A DNA stretch of 64,000 nucleotides, from assembly GCA_965223155.1 (NCBI GenBank), contig CBDCVR010000015.1, positions 1,216,001 to 1,280,000 of the forward strand. Direction: 5' to 3'. Position numbers and translations under genes: made by a program. How positions within the stretch are numbered: position 1 is the stretch's first letter; every line of letters starts with the position of its first letter. Shown one piece after another: positions 1-9,695 of the stretch. Under the pieces are notes generated by a model. The model worked only from the letters and a program-made list of their open reading frames with translations. It was not told the DNA's origin and ran no database searches. Origin of the DNA: Candidatus Multivoradales bacterium. GTDB lineage: Bacteria > Acidobacteriota > Thermoanaerobaculia > Multivoradales > JAHEKO01.

Positions 1-40
1 TCCTGGTGTCCGTCGACGCCCGCTAGCCGGTTAGGGCAAG

Positions 41-745
41 CTATCCGGCGGCCGCGTCCGCCAGACGGGCCGGCTTCGGGACCGCCCCGAAGCGCCGTTC
101 GCGGCCCTCGAAATCGGCGACGGCTCGTGCCAGGTCGGAGGCGGAAAAGTCGGGCCAGAGGACCGGTGTGAAATAGAGCTCGGCGTAGGCGCTCTCCCAG
201 AGGAGAAAATCGGAGAGCCGCTGGTCGCCGCCGGTGCGCACCACGAGATCCACTGGCCCCGCGGGTACGCTGGCGTTCATGGCGCGATCCAGAGCCTTGC
301 GGAAGTCCCGCCGTGTCGGACCGCCGAGCCGCTGGGCGGCGCAAAGCAGGGAGTGACGGGCCGAGTAGTCGATGGCGATTCGAAGGAGCAGCCTGGTGCC
401 TCCGGCGGTTCGCCGCTCGGCGTCGCCGATGGCGGCAAGGAGCGGGCGGCTCAGGCGGTCGCGGCGACCGATGACGTCGAGACGCGCCCCGTTGTCGCGG
501 AGCTCGTTCACACGCTGCGTTAGGAATTCCCGCAGCAGGCCCATCAGCGCCGAGACCTCGCCTCGAGGCCGGCGCCAGTTGTCCGACGAGAACGCGTAGA
601 GCGTCAGGGCCTCGATGCCGAGGTCCGGAGCGGCGCGCACCACCCGTTCGGCGGCGTCAGCGCCGCGCCGGTGTCCCCAGCTGCGGGCGCGGCCGTGCGA
701 GCGGGCCCAACGGCCGTTGCCGTCCATGATGATCGCTACGTGCAT
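41..745 (-). CDS. uppS: cis-prenyltransferase (polyprenyl/undecaprenyl diphosphate synthase family)
   Basis: Motifs HVAIIMDGNGRWA, LYAFSSDNWRRP, DLVVRTGGDQRLSDFLLWESAYAE, LWPDF and C-terminal RRFG. Confidence 0.93.
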   Translation of the reverse strand: MHVAIIMDGNGRWARSHGRARSWGHRRGADAAERVVRAAPDLGIEALTLYAFSSDNWRRPRGEVSALMGLLREFLTQRVNELRDNGARLDVIGRRDRLSRPLLAAIGDAERRTAGGTRLLLRIAIDYSARHSLLCAAQRLGGPTRRDFRKALDRAMNASVPAGPVDLVVRTGGDQRLSDFLLWESAYAELYFTPVLWPDFSASDLARAVADFEGRERRFGAVPKPARLADAAAG

Positions 746-808
746 CGTCGGGTCCTTTCGGTAGTGGCTGAGGTGGGCGAAGAGCCGGATTCGGGCGTCG
801 GCCGGCAG

Positions 809-825
809 ACTTTGAATCGCAAAGT
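809..825. promoter_or_regulatory. palindromic candidate operator ACTTTG-N5-CAAAGT
   Basis: Perfect 6-5-6 inverted repeat between the wHTH gene and uppS; degenerate copy at 1877-1893. Confidence 0.6.
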
Positions 826-842
826 GAGCGGCGAAAAACGAT

Positions 843-1226
843 TCACCCGCGGGTCGCGGTGATGATGGCTTCCATGTGGTCGAGGTAGCGCTCGAGCGCC
901 TTGCGGCCCTTGGCGCTGATCCGGTACTCGGTCTTGGGCATGCGCCCCTCGAAGGACTTCGAGCAGCGCACGTATCCGGCGTCCTCGAGCTTGCGAGCGT
1001 GGACGCTCAGATTGCCGTCGGTCGTCTCCAGCAGATCCCGGAGCGCCGAGAACGTCATCGAATCGTTGACCGCCAGAGCGCTCAAGATGCCGAGCCGGAC
1101 GCGTTCGTAGACGAGCCGGTCGAACTCGCGAGCGTGCGAGTCCGCCAGGTACCCGGCCACGGTTTCGAGCCGCCGCTTCTTGCCCGAGCTGCCCGGCTTC
1201 TTGGTCACCGTTCCCGATCTAGCCAC
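843..1226 (-). CDS. winged-helix (ArsR/MarR-like) transcriptional regulator
   Basis: FDRLVYERVRLGILSAL...TDGNLSVHARKLEDAGYV...GRMPKTEYRIS..G; GTG at 1226 preceded by GGAGG and overlapping the upstream stop. Confidence 0.88.
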   Translation of the reverse strand: MARSGTVTKKPGSSGKKRRLETVAGYLADSHAREFDRLVYERVRLGILSALAVNDSMTFSALRDLLETTDGNLSVHARKLEDAGYVRCSKSFEGRMPKTEYRISAKGRKALERYLDHMEAIITATRG

Positions 1227-1836
1227 CGTACCTCCGCGCGATGACGGCGCCGAAGACGAGGTGGAGTCCCCCAAAGCCCGCGGCCAGGAGGCCGTTGGTC
1301 CAGCCAATCGGACCCAAGAAGGCGACAACCCCGAGCACCATGAAGCATGCCCCCAGGACCGGAATCGGCTTGACCGAGAAGGCCCCGCCCGAAACCACGG
1401 CCACTCCGTACAAGAGAAGCCAGGTGCCGGGGATGAGATCGGCCCGCTCGGCTACGTTCAAGACGTAGGTCAGGATCGCCGCGGCGGTCAGCGCCGGAAC
1501 CAGATTGAGCAGAAAGCGCCGGCCTACGCCGCTTGCGAGAGCCTCGCCCCGGGTACTCGCTTTGCGCCACAAGGCCCAGCCTCCCAGGCTGGCGGCCAGC
1601 ATCGCAGCCAGGAGCCAGGCGGCAAGCCAGTCCTCCGGGCTCTGATGGACCGCTGCCGCCGCGGCCAGGCCGATGAGACCCATGCCGACGCCGCCCCAGC
1701 CGGGTACCGAGGTAAACCGGCGGGAAGACTCCATGGCCTTGCGCATGAAGGTCAGATGGTCGAGTGCCCGCTGGTGCATCTCGACCGGACCTTGGGTGTG
1801 CTGCACCTGGGGTTCGCTGATCGGTGCGTGGTTCAT
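1219..1836 (-). CDS. multi-pass membrane protein of unknown function
   Basis: About 6-7 hydrophobic segments after an N-terminal amphipathic helix; overlaps the wHTH start; ATG 1836 chosen because it follows a predicted promoter. Confidence 0.8.
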   Translation of the reverse strand: MNHAPISEPQVQHTQGPVEMHQRALDHLTFMRKAMESSRRFTSVPGWGGVGMGLIGLAAAAAVHQSPEDWLAAWLLAAMLAASLGGWALWRKASTRGEALASGVGRRFLLNLVPALTAAAILTYVLNVAERADLIPGTWLLLYGVAVVSGGAFSVKPIPVLGACFMVLGVVAFLGPIGWTNGLLAAGFGGLHLVFGAVIARRYGG

Positions 1837-1845
1837 CCCCGGCAG

Positions 1846-1893
1846 AACGTAGCGTCCTTCTGTGGGTGTGTCAAGTACTCTCTGATGCAAAGC
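1846..1893 (-). promoter_or_regulatory. sigma70-type promoter with adjacent degenerate operator
   Basis: Minus strand TTGACA (1874-1869)-17 bp-TACGTT (1851-1846); ACTCTC-N5-CAAAGC at 1877-1893. Confidence 0.6.
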
Positions 1894-1955
1894 AGATCAG
1901 AGAGAACCCGTCGGTCGGAGCGACCCGACGACCCCGACGTCTTCCGACCTCGCCG

Positions 1956-2327
1956 CTACTCGGAGTCCCGGTGAGCGAGACCCGGAGAGAAGGCCGGGAA
2001 GCACACCGCGTAGTACTCGCTCTCGCCGTCGAATGGATTGCTGTGCCGCACCCGGACTCCGGGCTCGGTCCAGATCGCCTCGCCCGGTCCGACGTCGGCG
2101 GTCTCGTCTTCGACCTCGATGCGCATGCGCCCGCGGAGGACGAGGGTGAGCTCGCCGAACTCCGGGGTTTGGTGGGGCTCGTGCCAACCCGGCGGCGCGA
2201 CCATGTGGGCGAGACTCATGGCTTCGGTGCCGGTGTGGACTCTGCCGATGAGCTCGTCGATGCGCTTGCCGCCGGGTACGGGGATCTGCGTGGCTGAGAT
2301 GGCGTGGACGTACTTTGCTTCAGTCAT
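1956..2327 (-). CDS. cupin-domain protein
   Basis: [29 protein letters not shown]...[10 protein letters not shown] cupin-like pattern, 123 aa. Confidence 0.82.
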   Translation of the reverse strand: MTEAKYVHAISATQIPVPGGKRIDELIGRVHTGTEAMSLAHMVAPPGWHEPHQTPEFGELTLVLRGRMRIEVEDETADVGPGEAIWTEPGVRVRHSNPFDGESEYYAVCFPAFSPGLAHRDSE

Positions 2328-2516
2328 CGGCGCCCTTCTACCACGGATGTGGCAACGTCACCGAGAACCTCGCGGCCTTCAGTGCCGTAGACTCTTTGTC
2401 GGCTGAGCCGGCCGGCTCGCCATTGACTTAGGCGCCGTTGGGAGGCGGACGACGCATCGCTCGGGCGTCGCCGGCTCGAGACGGATGCATGAACAGAACC
2501 TCCAGGAGAACTCCAG

Positions 2517-4022
2517 ATGAGAACCTTGTTGATCGCTTCTCTGGCGGCCATGGTCGCGGCTACCGCGGCGCCGGCCCAAGACCTCGAACGCTTTGAGAAG
2601 CGCCTGACCGAGCACCGGCTCGACAACGGCTTGACCTTTCTCATCTACGAGCGGCCGGGGGCGCCGGTGGCGTCGTTCTACACCTATGTGAACGCCGGCT
2701 CGGCCCAGGAGGTGGCCGGCATTACCGGTCTTGCCCACATGTTCGAGCACATGGCCTTCAAGGGCACGTCCAAGATCGGCACCCGCGACTTCGAGGCCGA
2801 GCGCCGGGCTCTCGAGGCCATCGACAAGGCCTATGCCGCCTACGACCGCGAGCGGCGCCGGCCGACTGGCCCGGACTCCGAGCGCCAGGCCGAGCTCGAG
2901 AGGGCCTGGAAGGACGCGCGCGAAGCCGCCACCGAGTATCTGCGGCGCGACGAGTTCAGCGAGATCATCGACCGTGCCGGCGGCGTTGGCTTGAACGCCT
3001 CGACCGGCTCGGACCGGACCGACTACTACTACTCGTTGCCGGCCAACAAGGTCGAGCTCTGGGCGCATCTCGAATCCGAGCGTTTCCTGGATCCCGTGCT
3101 GCGCGAGTTCTACACCGAGCGCGATGTGGTCATGGAAGAGCGCCGCCTGCGGGTCGATAGCCAGCCGGTCGGCCGTCTGGTCGAGCAGCTGCTGGCCGCG
3201 GCCTTCACCGCACATCCCTACGGCTATTCGGGCATCGGCTACATGAGCGATCTCGAGTCCTTCTCGCGCGAGGACGCGCTGGCTTTCTACGAGACGTACT
3301 ACACGCCGTCCAACATGATCATCTCGATTGTCGGGGCGGTGGACGCCGCCGAGCTGGTACCGCTTCTGGAGCGGTATTTCGGCCGGCTGCCGAAGGGCCC
3401 CGAGCCGCCGCCGCTCAGGACGGTCGAGCCCGAGCAGATCGCCGAACGAGTGGTCCGGATTCCCGACCGGGCGCAGCCGATCTACGCCGAAGGGTATCTG
3501 CGGCCGGCGATCACCCATCCCGACAACGCCGTCTACGACGCCATCGCCGACGTGCTCTCGACCGGCCGCACGTCGCGTCTCTACAGAAGCTTGGTCCGGG
3601 ACCGGAAGATCGCGGCCCAGACCGGAGCCTTCAACGGCTTCCCGGGGAGCAAGTACCAGAATCTGATGCTGGCCTTCGCCTTTCCCACGCCCGGACATTC
3701 CAACGAGGACGTCCAGGAGGCGATCCACGCGGAGATCGAGCGGCTGAAGACCGAGCTCATCTCCGAGGAAGAGCTGGCGATGGTCAAGACCCGAGCCAAG
3801 GCCGGCCTGGTTCGCTCCCTGGCGAGCAACACAGGCATCGGCCGCCAGCTCGCCTCCTATCAGGCGCTGTTCGGAGACTGGCGAGAGCTCTTCCGTAGTG
3901 TCGATCGGATCGAACAGGTGACCACCGATGACGTCCAGCGGGTCGCCCGCGAGGTTTTCCAGCCGACCAACCGCACCGCAGCGATGATCGTCAACGAACC
4001 GTCCGGTGAGGACGACGGCTAG
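2517..4022 (+). CDS. exported M16 (pitrilysin family) zinc peptidase, catalytic subunit
   Basis: Signal peptide; LDNGL; inverted Zn motif HMFEH; NASTGSDRTDY; ERDVVMEERR; HPY; GGAG RBS. Confidence 0.92.
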   Translation: MRTLLIASLAAMVAATAAPAQDLERFEKRLTEHRLDNGLTFLIYERPGAPVASFYTYVNAGSAQEVAGITGLAHMFEHMAFKGTSKIGTRDFEAERRALEAIDKAYAAYDRERRRPTGPDSERQAELERAWKDAREAATEYLRRDEFSEIIDRAGGVGLNASTGSDRTDYYYSLPANKVELWAHLESERFLDPVLREFYTERDVVMEERRLRVDSQPVGRLVEQLLAAAFTAHPYGYSGIGYMSDLESFSREDALAFYETYYTPSNMIISIVGAVDAAELVPLLERYFGRLPKGPEPPPLRTVEPEQIAERVVRIPDRAQPIYAEGYLRPAITHPDNAVYDAIADVLSTGRTSRLYRSLVRDRKIAAQTGAFNGFPGSKYQNLMLAFAFPTPGHSNEDVQEAIHAEIERLKTELISEEELAMVKTRAKAGLVRSLASNTGIGRQLASYQALFGDWRELFRSVDRIEQVTTDDVQRVAREVFQPTNRTAAMIVNEPSGEDDG

Positions 4023-4050
4023 CTCGAGAGGCGGCCGAGAGGAGACAACC

Positions 4051-6204
4051 GTGTCGAAACTACAAGCCTTGGTGCTGGCGGTGATTGGATCGCTGGCAGT
4101 TCCCGCTCTTGCCGCTGCCCAGGTGGCGGACTACCGGGAGATCCAGTTTCCCGAGCTCGAACGGTTCGAGATTCCGCGGCCGGAGACCTTCCAGCTCGAC
4201 AACGGGCTCACGGTCTTCTTGCTCGAGGATCACGAGCTGCCGCTGGTCCAGGTCGTGGCTCGGGTGCGGACCGGCGGGGTCTGGGAGCCGGCGGAGAAGA
4301 TCGGTCTGGCGTCGCTTTTCGGCAGCGTGCAGCGTACCGGCGGCACGGTTGAGATGACCGGCGACGAGATGGACAACTTTCTGGAGGCTCGGGCGGCCTC
4401 GGTCGAGACCAGCGCGGGCCGGACCGTCGGCTTCGCCTCGATGGATTGCCTGGCGGACGATCTCGACGAGGTGCTGCCGGTGTTTCGGGACGTCTTGCGC
4501 CGGCCGGTCTTCGAGGCGGACAAGCTCGAGATCGCCAAGGCGCAGGCGCGGACCGGCATCGCCCGGCGCAACGACAACGTCCAAGCCATTACGGCGCGCG
4601 AGTTCTCGCGCCTTGTGTACGGGCTCGACTCGCCGCTTTCGAGACTCCAGGAGTATGCGACCGTGGCGGCCGTGACCCGTGACGACCTCCTCGCCTGGCA
4701 CCAGCGCTTCTACCATCCGAACAACATCCTGCTGGGCGTGGTCGGAGACTTCGATCCGGTGACGATCCGCTCGACGCTGGAGTCGGCCTTTGGCGATTGG
4801 CCTCGTGGTCCGGACGCGCCGATGCCCGAGCTCCCGTACCGCGAAGAGCCGACCGCCGGCGTCTACTTCATCGAGAAGGAAGACGTCACCCAAGCCAACG
4901 TCCGCGCCGGCCACCTAGGCATCACCTACGAGGACCCCGACTTCTTCGCGATCCAGGTGATGAACGAGATCCTGAGCGGAGGCTTTTCCGGGCGGATTCT
5001 CCGGAACATCCGTTCGGAGAAGGGCCTGGCCTATAGCGCCGGCGGTGGCGTCGGCGCCGCGTTCGCCTTTCCGGGAATCGCCGGCTTCGGTCTCCAGACC
5101 AAGTCCGAGACCATGGGTGAGGCGGTCGATGCCCTCTTCGAGGAGCTCGAAGGCATGATCGTGAACCCGGCGACCGATGCCGAGCTCGGGCGCGCCAAGG
5201 ACACGATCCTCAACTCGTTCATCTTCAACTACGCCTCGAAGCGTCAGATTCTGGGGCAGCAAATGCTCTACGCGTACTACGGCATGCCGGCCGACTTTCT
5301 CGAGACCTACCGGTCGCGAATCGAAGACGTCACGGCGGCCGACGTGGCGCGAGTGGCCAGCGAACACCTGCACCCGGACCGGGCAACGCTCCTGGTCGTG
5401 GGCAGGTCGGCCGACTTCGACCGGCCGGTTTCGACTCTTGGAGAGGTCACGACTCTGGACATCACGATCCCGCCGCCGCCGGCGGAGCCGGCCGTGATAG
5501 CGCCGGCCGACCTTTCGGACGCGGCCAAGGCGCGCGCCCGAGCGGCGTTCGAGCGCATGGTGGCGGCGGTCGGCGGCGCCGACCCGGCCGGGGTCGACTC
5601 GGTCAAGACCCAGACCCGAGTCAACGTTTCAATGGGCGGCCAGGCTATGACGCTGACCCAAACTTCGACCGTGGCCTTCCCGGATCGCGTGGCCACGGCG
5701 CTCGAGACCCCGATGGGTGTGCAGGAGATCATCATCAACGGCGACCGCGGGATCCTGCGGGCCGCCGGGCAGACCCAAGTGATTCCCGGCGAGCGGGTCC
5801 GGGAGCGCCTGGCGGACCTGGTGCGTGATCTTTTCGGCTTGGCGCGGCGGGGAGCCATTGCCGGACCGGACGAGATCGAGTTGACCCTGGTGGGAGAGGA
5901 GTCGATCGAGGACGGCGCGGTGGACGTCGTGCGGGTGGCGATCGAGGGCGTCGCGACCCGGCTTTGGATCGACGCCGAGGGACGGGTCGCGAAGCAAGCG
6001 TTCGAGAGCTCGCACCCGATGACCGGTGCTCCGGGCCGTTTCGAGGTGTCCTATTCGAACTACCGCGAGGTGGAAGGCCGGTGGTTTCCGTTCGCCCGAT
6101 CGACCACCATCGATGGCGAGGCGTTCGCGGAGACGATGGTCGAATCGGTTCAATTCGATCCGCCGGTCGATCCCGAACGCTTCGCGCTGCCTGACGACTC
6201 CTAG
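4051..6204 (+). CDS. exported M16 family non-catalytic partner subunit with C-terminal extension
   Basis: Signal peptide; LDNGL, YHPNN...VVGD, IRSEKGLAYS; no HxxEH; about 230 extra residues after a PPPPAEP linker; GTG 4051 after AGGAG. Confidence 0.87.
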   Translation: MSKLQALVLAVIGSLAVPALAAAQVADYREIQFPELERFEIPRPETFQLDNGLTVFLLEDHELPLVQVVARVRTGGVWEPAEKIGLASLFGSVQRTGGTVEMTGDEMDNFLEARAASVETSAGRTVGFASMDCLADDLDEVLPVFRDVLRRPVFEADKLEIAKAQARTGIARRNDNVQAITAREFSRLVYGLDSPLSRLQEYATVAAVTRDDLLAWHQRFYHPNNILLGVVGDFDPVTIRSTLESAFGDWPRGPDAPMPELPYREEPTAGVYFIEKEDVTQANVRAGHLGITYEDPDFFAIQVMNEILSGGFSGRILRNIRSEKGLAYSAGGGVGAAFAFPGIAGFGLQTKSETMGEAVDALFEELEGMIVNPATDAELGRAKDTILNSFIFNYASKRQILGQQMLYAYYGMPADFLETYRSRIEDVTAADVARVASEHLHPDRATLLVVGRSADFDRPVSTLGEVTTLDITIPPPPAEPAVIAPADLSDAAKARARAAFERMVAAVGGADPAGVDSVKTQTRVNVSMGGQAMTLTQTSTVAFPDRVATALETPMGVQEIIINGDRGILRAAGQTQVIPGERVRERLADLVRDLFGLARRGAIAGPDEIELTLVGEESIEDGAVDVVRVAIEGVATRLWIDAEGRVAKQAFESSHPMTGAPGRFEVSYSNYREVEGRWFPFARSTTIDGEAFAETMVESVQFDPPVDPERFALPDDS

Positions 6205-6593
6205 GCGGCCGGCATCGCCGCGGCCGGTTTTCGGGTGCTTTCCGACCGCTAAGTGCCATGTCTAGGAGACTTCTCGCGATCCGAAAAATTGGATTGCGGG
6301 AGTTGCCATTTTCGACGCGAAACGCAACCCGGACAAGGTTGAAACCCTAGGGTGAATTCGTTAGCCTCCGCGAGTCGGAGACAGCGAATCCTGGCACGGA
6401 TGCTCAAGCCGTTTCGGCTTCTACTTATTCACCAGAATGTCACGCTAAGGACCCTTGGCTGAGCCTAGACTTGGTCTGCGGCGTTTCGCCAAGTGCGGCC
6501 TCGACAGAGGTTCGCACGACCATCAAATCGTTTGTCGAGTCGATTCCACTGTAATTCGACCCACTGTACTTCGATAGGAGGATCTCTCGCGTC

Positions 6594-9521
6594 ATGAGAC
6601 GACTAGCCGTTTTGCTTCTCGCTTTGGCGGTCGGCATGTTTCTGCCGATCGGCTGGGCGAACGCGCAGCAGGCCCTGGGCACGATCCAGGGCTCCGTCAC
6701 CGACGAGTCGGGTGCCGCTTTGCCTGGCGCTTCGGTCGAGGTGGTCAACGCCGAGACCGGCGTATCCCGTACCGCCTTCAGTAACTCCGAAGGCTTCTAT
6801 TCGGCCAAGGCTCTGCAGCCTGGCGTCTACAACGTCACCGCGTCGCTCGAGGGCATGCAGGCCCAGCGCAGCGAGGGCGTGTCCGTCCTGGTCGGTCAGA
6901 CCGTGGACATCGACTTCGAGCTGGGCGTCGAGTCGGTCAGCGAAGCCATTACCGTCACCGGTGAGGCGCCGTTGATCGAGGCTTCGCGCTCGAGCGCCGC
7001 CAACTACGTGTCCGAGGTCGAGGTCGAGAACCTGCCGACCGCCGGCCGCGACTTCACCGACTTCGCCCTGCTGACCCCGACCGTTCAGCCTGACAACGAC
7101 CGCGGCTTCTTGACTATGAGCGGTCAGCGCGGCATCTACACCGGTCTCAACGTCGACGGCACGGCCGCTACCAGCGCGTTCTTCGGCTACGGCCGCGGCG
7201 GTGAAGCGACCGAGAACGGCGGCCTGGTCGTGGCTCAGGACTCGGTCAAGGAGTTCCAAGTCGTAACCAGCGCCTTCGCGCCCGAGTACGGCGCCAACGG
7301 CGGCGGCTACATCAACGTGGTGACCAAGTCGGGCACCAACGATCTCCAGGGCTCGGTCTTCTACCTGTTCCAGGACGACGGCATGGCCGGGGATCTGGAT
7401 CGTTCGCCGCTCGATCAGTCGCGCGGCCGCACCACGCCGATCGAGCCCACGGCCTTCGATCGCACCAACTACAGCTTCTCGATCGGTGGCCCGATCACCA
7501 AGGACCGGACCCACTTCTTCTTCACCGGCGACCAGGCCAACAGAGAGAGTCCGATCATCCGGACCATCGACACCCCCGGTCTGTACGACGACATCCTGTC
7601 GATGGAATCCGTGATTCCGGGAATCTCCACCCTTCTGGACGGGTTCACTCGCGAGGCCGATGGCACCGCTACCGGCAACTTCACCCGCGATGTCGACAAC
7701 CTCATCATCTTGGGCAAGATCGATCATCAGCTGACGGACTCGAACTCGCTCACCGGGCGCGTCAACTTCACCGACTACGAGCTCCTGTCGAGCTTCAAGG
7801 ACGAGGAGTCGCAGAAGCTCGAGGAGACTTCCTCATGGGTGATCTCGGACGTCGCCGTCATCGGCTCCGACAAGGTCAACGAGGCCCGTCTGCAACTTGC
7901 CACCGACGAGCTGGACCGCCTGTCGCAGCGTGTGGGCAGCCCGTTCGAGGCTCAGATCCGATTCCGTTACGGCGAGGGCGACAGCCTCGGCAAGTTCGAC
8001 TTCCTGCCGATCTTCGTCGAGGAGAACAAGCTTCAGTTCCAGGACAACTTCTCGTATCTCTTCGGCAGCCACGATCTGAAGTTCGGTCTCGACTACCAGC
8101 GCGACGACCTGAAGCAGCTCTTTGCCGGGTCGCTGGACGGCCGCTACGACTTCCGGTCGCGTGAGGACTTCCTGGCCAACAACGCCGCTGGAGCGCGTAT
8201 CTACTTCGGCGACGTGACCTTCCCGAACTACGACGAGACCCAGGAGCTCTGGGGTGTCTACGCTCAGGACACGGTCAAGCCCAACGCCAACCTTACGGTC
8301 AACTACGGCTTCCGCTACGGTGCCACTATCAACCCCGACGGCCTGGCGCACTTGCTGCCGCAGGCGCGGGACATTCCGGATGACACCGACAACTTCGAGC
8401 CGCGTTTCGGCATTACCTACGCCCCGGGCGGCTCGGGTGACCACATCATCCGCGCCGGCTTCGGCATCTTCCACGGCCGTACCCCGAGCCTGATCTTCGC
8501 GAGCCAGGTTCAGGAGAACGGTCTCTTCCCGAACTTTGGGCGCGTCTTCGTGAGCCCCGGCGATCCCGGGTTCGTGCCGCTCGGTACTCCGATCGACAAC
8601 GAGAACCCGCCGCTCGACACCATCCCGTCGGTCGGCTTCGTGGATCCGTCCTTCGAGGACGCCGAGTTCACGCGCTTCAACTTCGGCTACGAGCGGAGTC
8701 TGGGTGGCGACTGGACGGGTGGCATCGACCTCGTCTACTCCGAGGGTGAGAACCTGCAGTCCAACGTCGATATCAACCGGACGATGACGTTCGATCAGTT
8801 CGGCCGTCCGCAGTTCTCCTCGACCCGGCCCGATGCCAACTTCGACACCCAGCTTACCCGCCAGTCGATCGGCGAGTCCGAGTACCAAGCTCTTACGTTC
8901 AAGGTGAACAAGCGCTACAACGGGCGCTACCAGCTCCAGGCGCACTACACCTACGGCGAGGATATGGACAACGACTCGAACGAGCGCTCGGCGACCGGCC
9001 AGTCGCTGTCGACCGGCGGTAACGACCGCTCACTCTGGAATCCCAACTACGATTGGGGTCGTTCCGTGCGCGACGTCAAGAACCGCCTGGTCGTAAGCGG
9101 CCTGGTGGAGTTGCCCTACGACTTCCGGATCTCCGGCATCGTAGACGTACGCTCCGGTCTGCCCTACAACCCGACCGACGCGAGCTTCGATTTCTCGTCG
9201 TGCGGTTTCTTCAGCCTGGGCTTCAACTGTGTTGACGCCCGCCCGGTGGCCAACGGCCAGGTGCTCGAGCGCAACGCCTTCCGCAACGACTCGATCGAGG
9301 ACGTAGACGTTCGCCTGTCGAAGTTCTTCGAGTTTGGCGATCGCTATGAGGTGGATGTCTTCGTCGAGGTCTTCAACCTGTTCGACGAGCAGACCTTCGC
9401 GGTTTGCGATGGCTTTACTTGCGACAGCCAGCGCGATCCGTCGCGCTCGGACTTTGGCCTGGGCTCGGCGCGGGTAACGCTGCCGCGCATCTACCAGTTC
9501 GGCGTCCGCTTCAACTTCTAG
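6594..9521 (+). CDS. TonB-dependent receptor (Oar-like, N-terminal carboxypeptidase-regulatory-like domain)
   Basis: Signal peptide; GSVTDESGAALPGASV; plug motif DSVKEFQVVTSAFAPEYG..GG.INVVTKSGTN; ends QFGVRFNF. Confidence 0.93.
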   Translation: MRRLAVLLLALAVGMFLPIGWANAQQALGTIQGSVTDESGAALPGASVEVVNAETGVSRTAFSNSEGFYSAKALQPGVYNVTASLEGMQAQRSEGVSVLVGQTVDIDFELGVESVSEAITVTGEAPLIEASRSSAANYVSEVEVENLPTAGRDFTDFALLTPTVQPDNDRGFLTMSGQRGIYTGLNVDGTAATSAFFGYGRGGEATENGGLVVAQDSVKEFQVVTSAFAPEYGANGGGYINVVTKSGTNDLQGSVFYLFQDDGMAGDLDRSPLDQSRGRTTPIEPTAFDRTNYSFSIGGPITKDRTHFFFTGDQANRESPIIRTIDTPGLYDDILSMESVIPGISTLLDGFTREADGTATGNFTRDVDNLIILGKIDHQLTDSNSLTGRVNFTDYELLSSFKDEESQKLEETSSWVISDVAVIGSDKVNEARLQLATDELDRLSQRVGSPFEAQIRFRYGEGDSLGKFDFLPIFVEENKLQFQDNFSYLFGSHDLKFGLDYQRDDLKQLFAGSLDGRYDFRSREDFLANNAAGARIYFGDVTFPNYDETQELWGVYAQDTVKPNANLTVNYGFRYGATINPDGLAHLLPQARDIPDDTDNFEPRFGITYAPGGSGDHIIRAGFGIFHGRTPSLIFASQVQENGLFPNFGRVFVSPGDPGFVPLGTPIDNENPPLDTIPSVGFVDPSFEDAEFTRFNFGYERSLGGDWTGGIDLVYSEGENLQSNVDINRTMTFDQFGRPQFSSTRPDANFDTQLTRQSIGESEYQALTFKVNKRYNGRYQLQAHYTYGEDMDNDSNERSATGQSLSTGGNDRSLWNPNYDWGRSVRDVKNRLVVSGLVELPYDFRISGIVDVRSGLPYNPTDASFDFSSCGFFSLGFNCVDARPVANGQVLERNAFRNDSIEDVDVRLSKFFEFGDRYEVDVFVEVFNLFDEQTFAVCDGFTCDSQRDPSRSDFGLGSARVTLPRIYQFGVRFNF

Positions 9522-9544
9522 CGCGCCGGCGATCTCGTCTCTCG

Positions 9545-9575
9545 AAGGGCCCCGCTCCGCGGGGCCCTTTTTTTT
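9545..9575 (+). terminator. intrinsic terminator
   Basis: AAGGGCCCCGC-TCC-GCGGGGCCCTT hairpin running into a T8 tract just after the receptor stop. Confidence 0.9.
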
Positions 9576-9695
9576 GGTGGGCGCCGGGACCGGGTCGGTG
9601 CCCAACAGGCGGTCCGGGCTGGGTCTCGCCATCGGGCCTCGGCCGAGCCTTCAGAGCTCGAAGCGACGCCGCCGGCAGGGGAAGGACCCCCGGGT

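Noticed and set aside
6391-6407. TGGCAC resembling a sigma54 -24 box upstream of the TonB receptor
   Set aside because: The required GC at GG-N10-GC is absent (CA is found instead).
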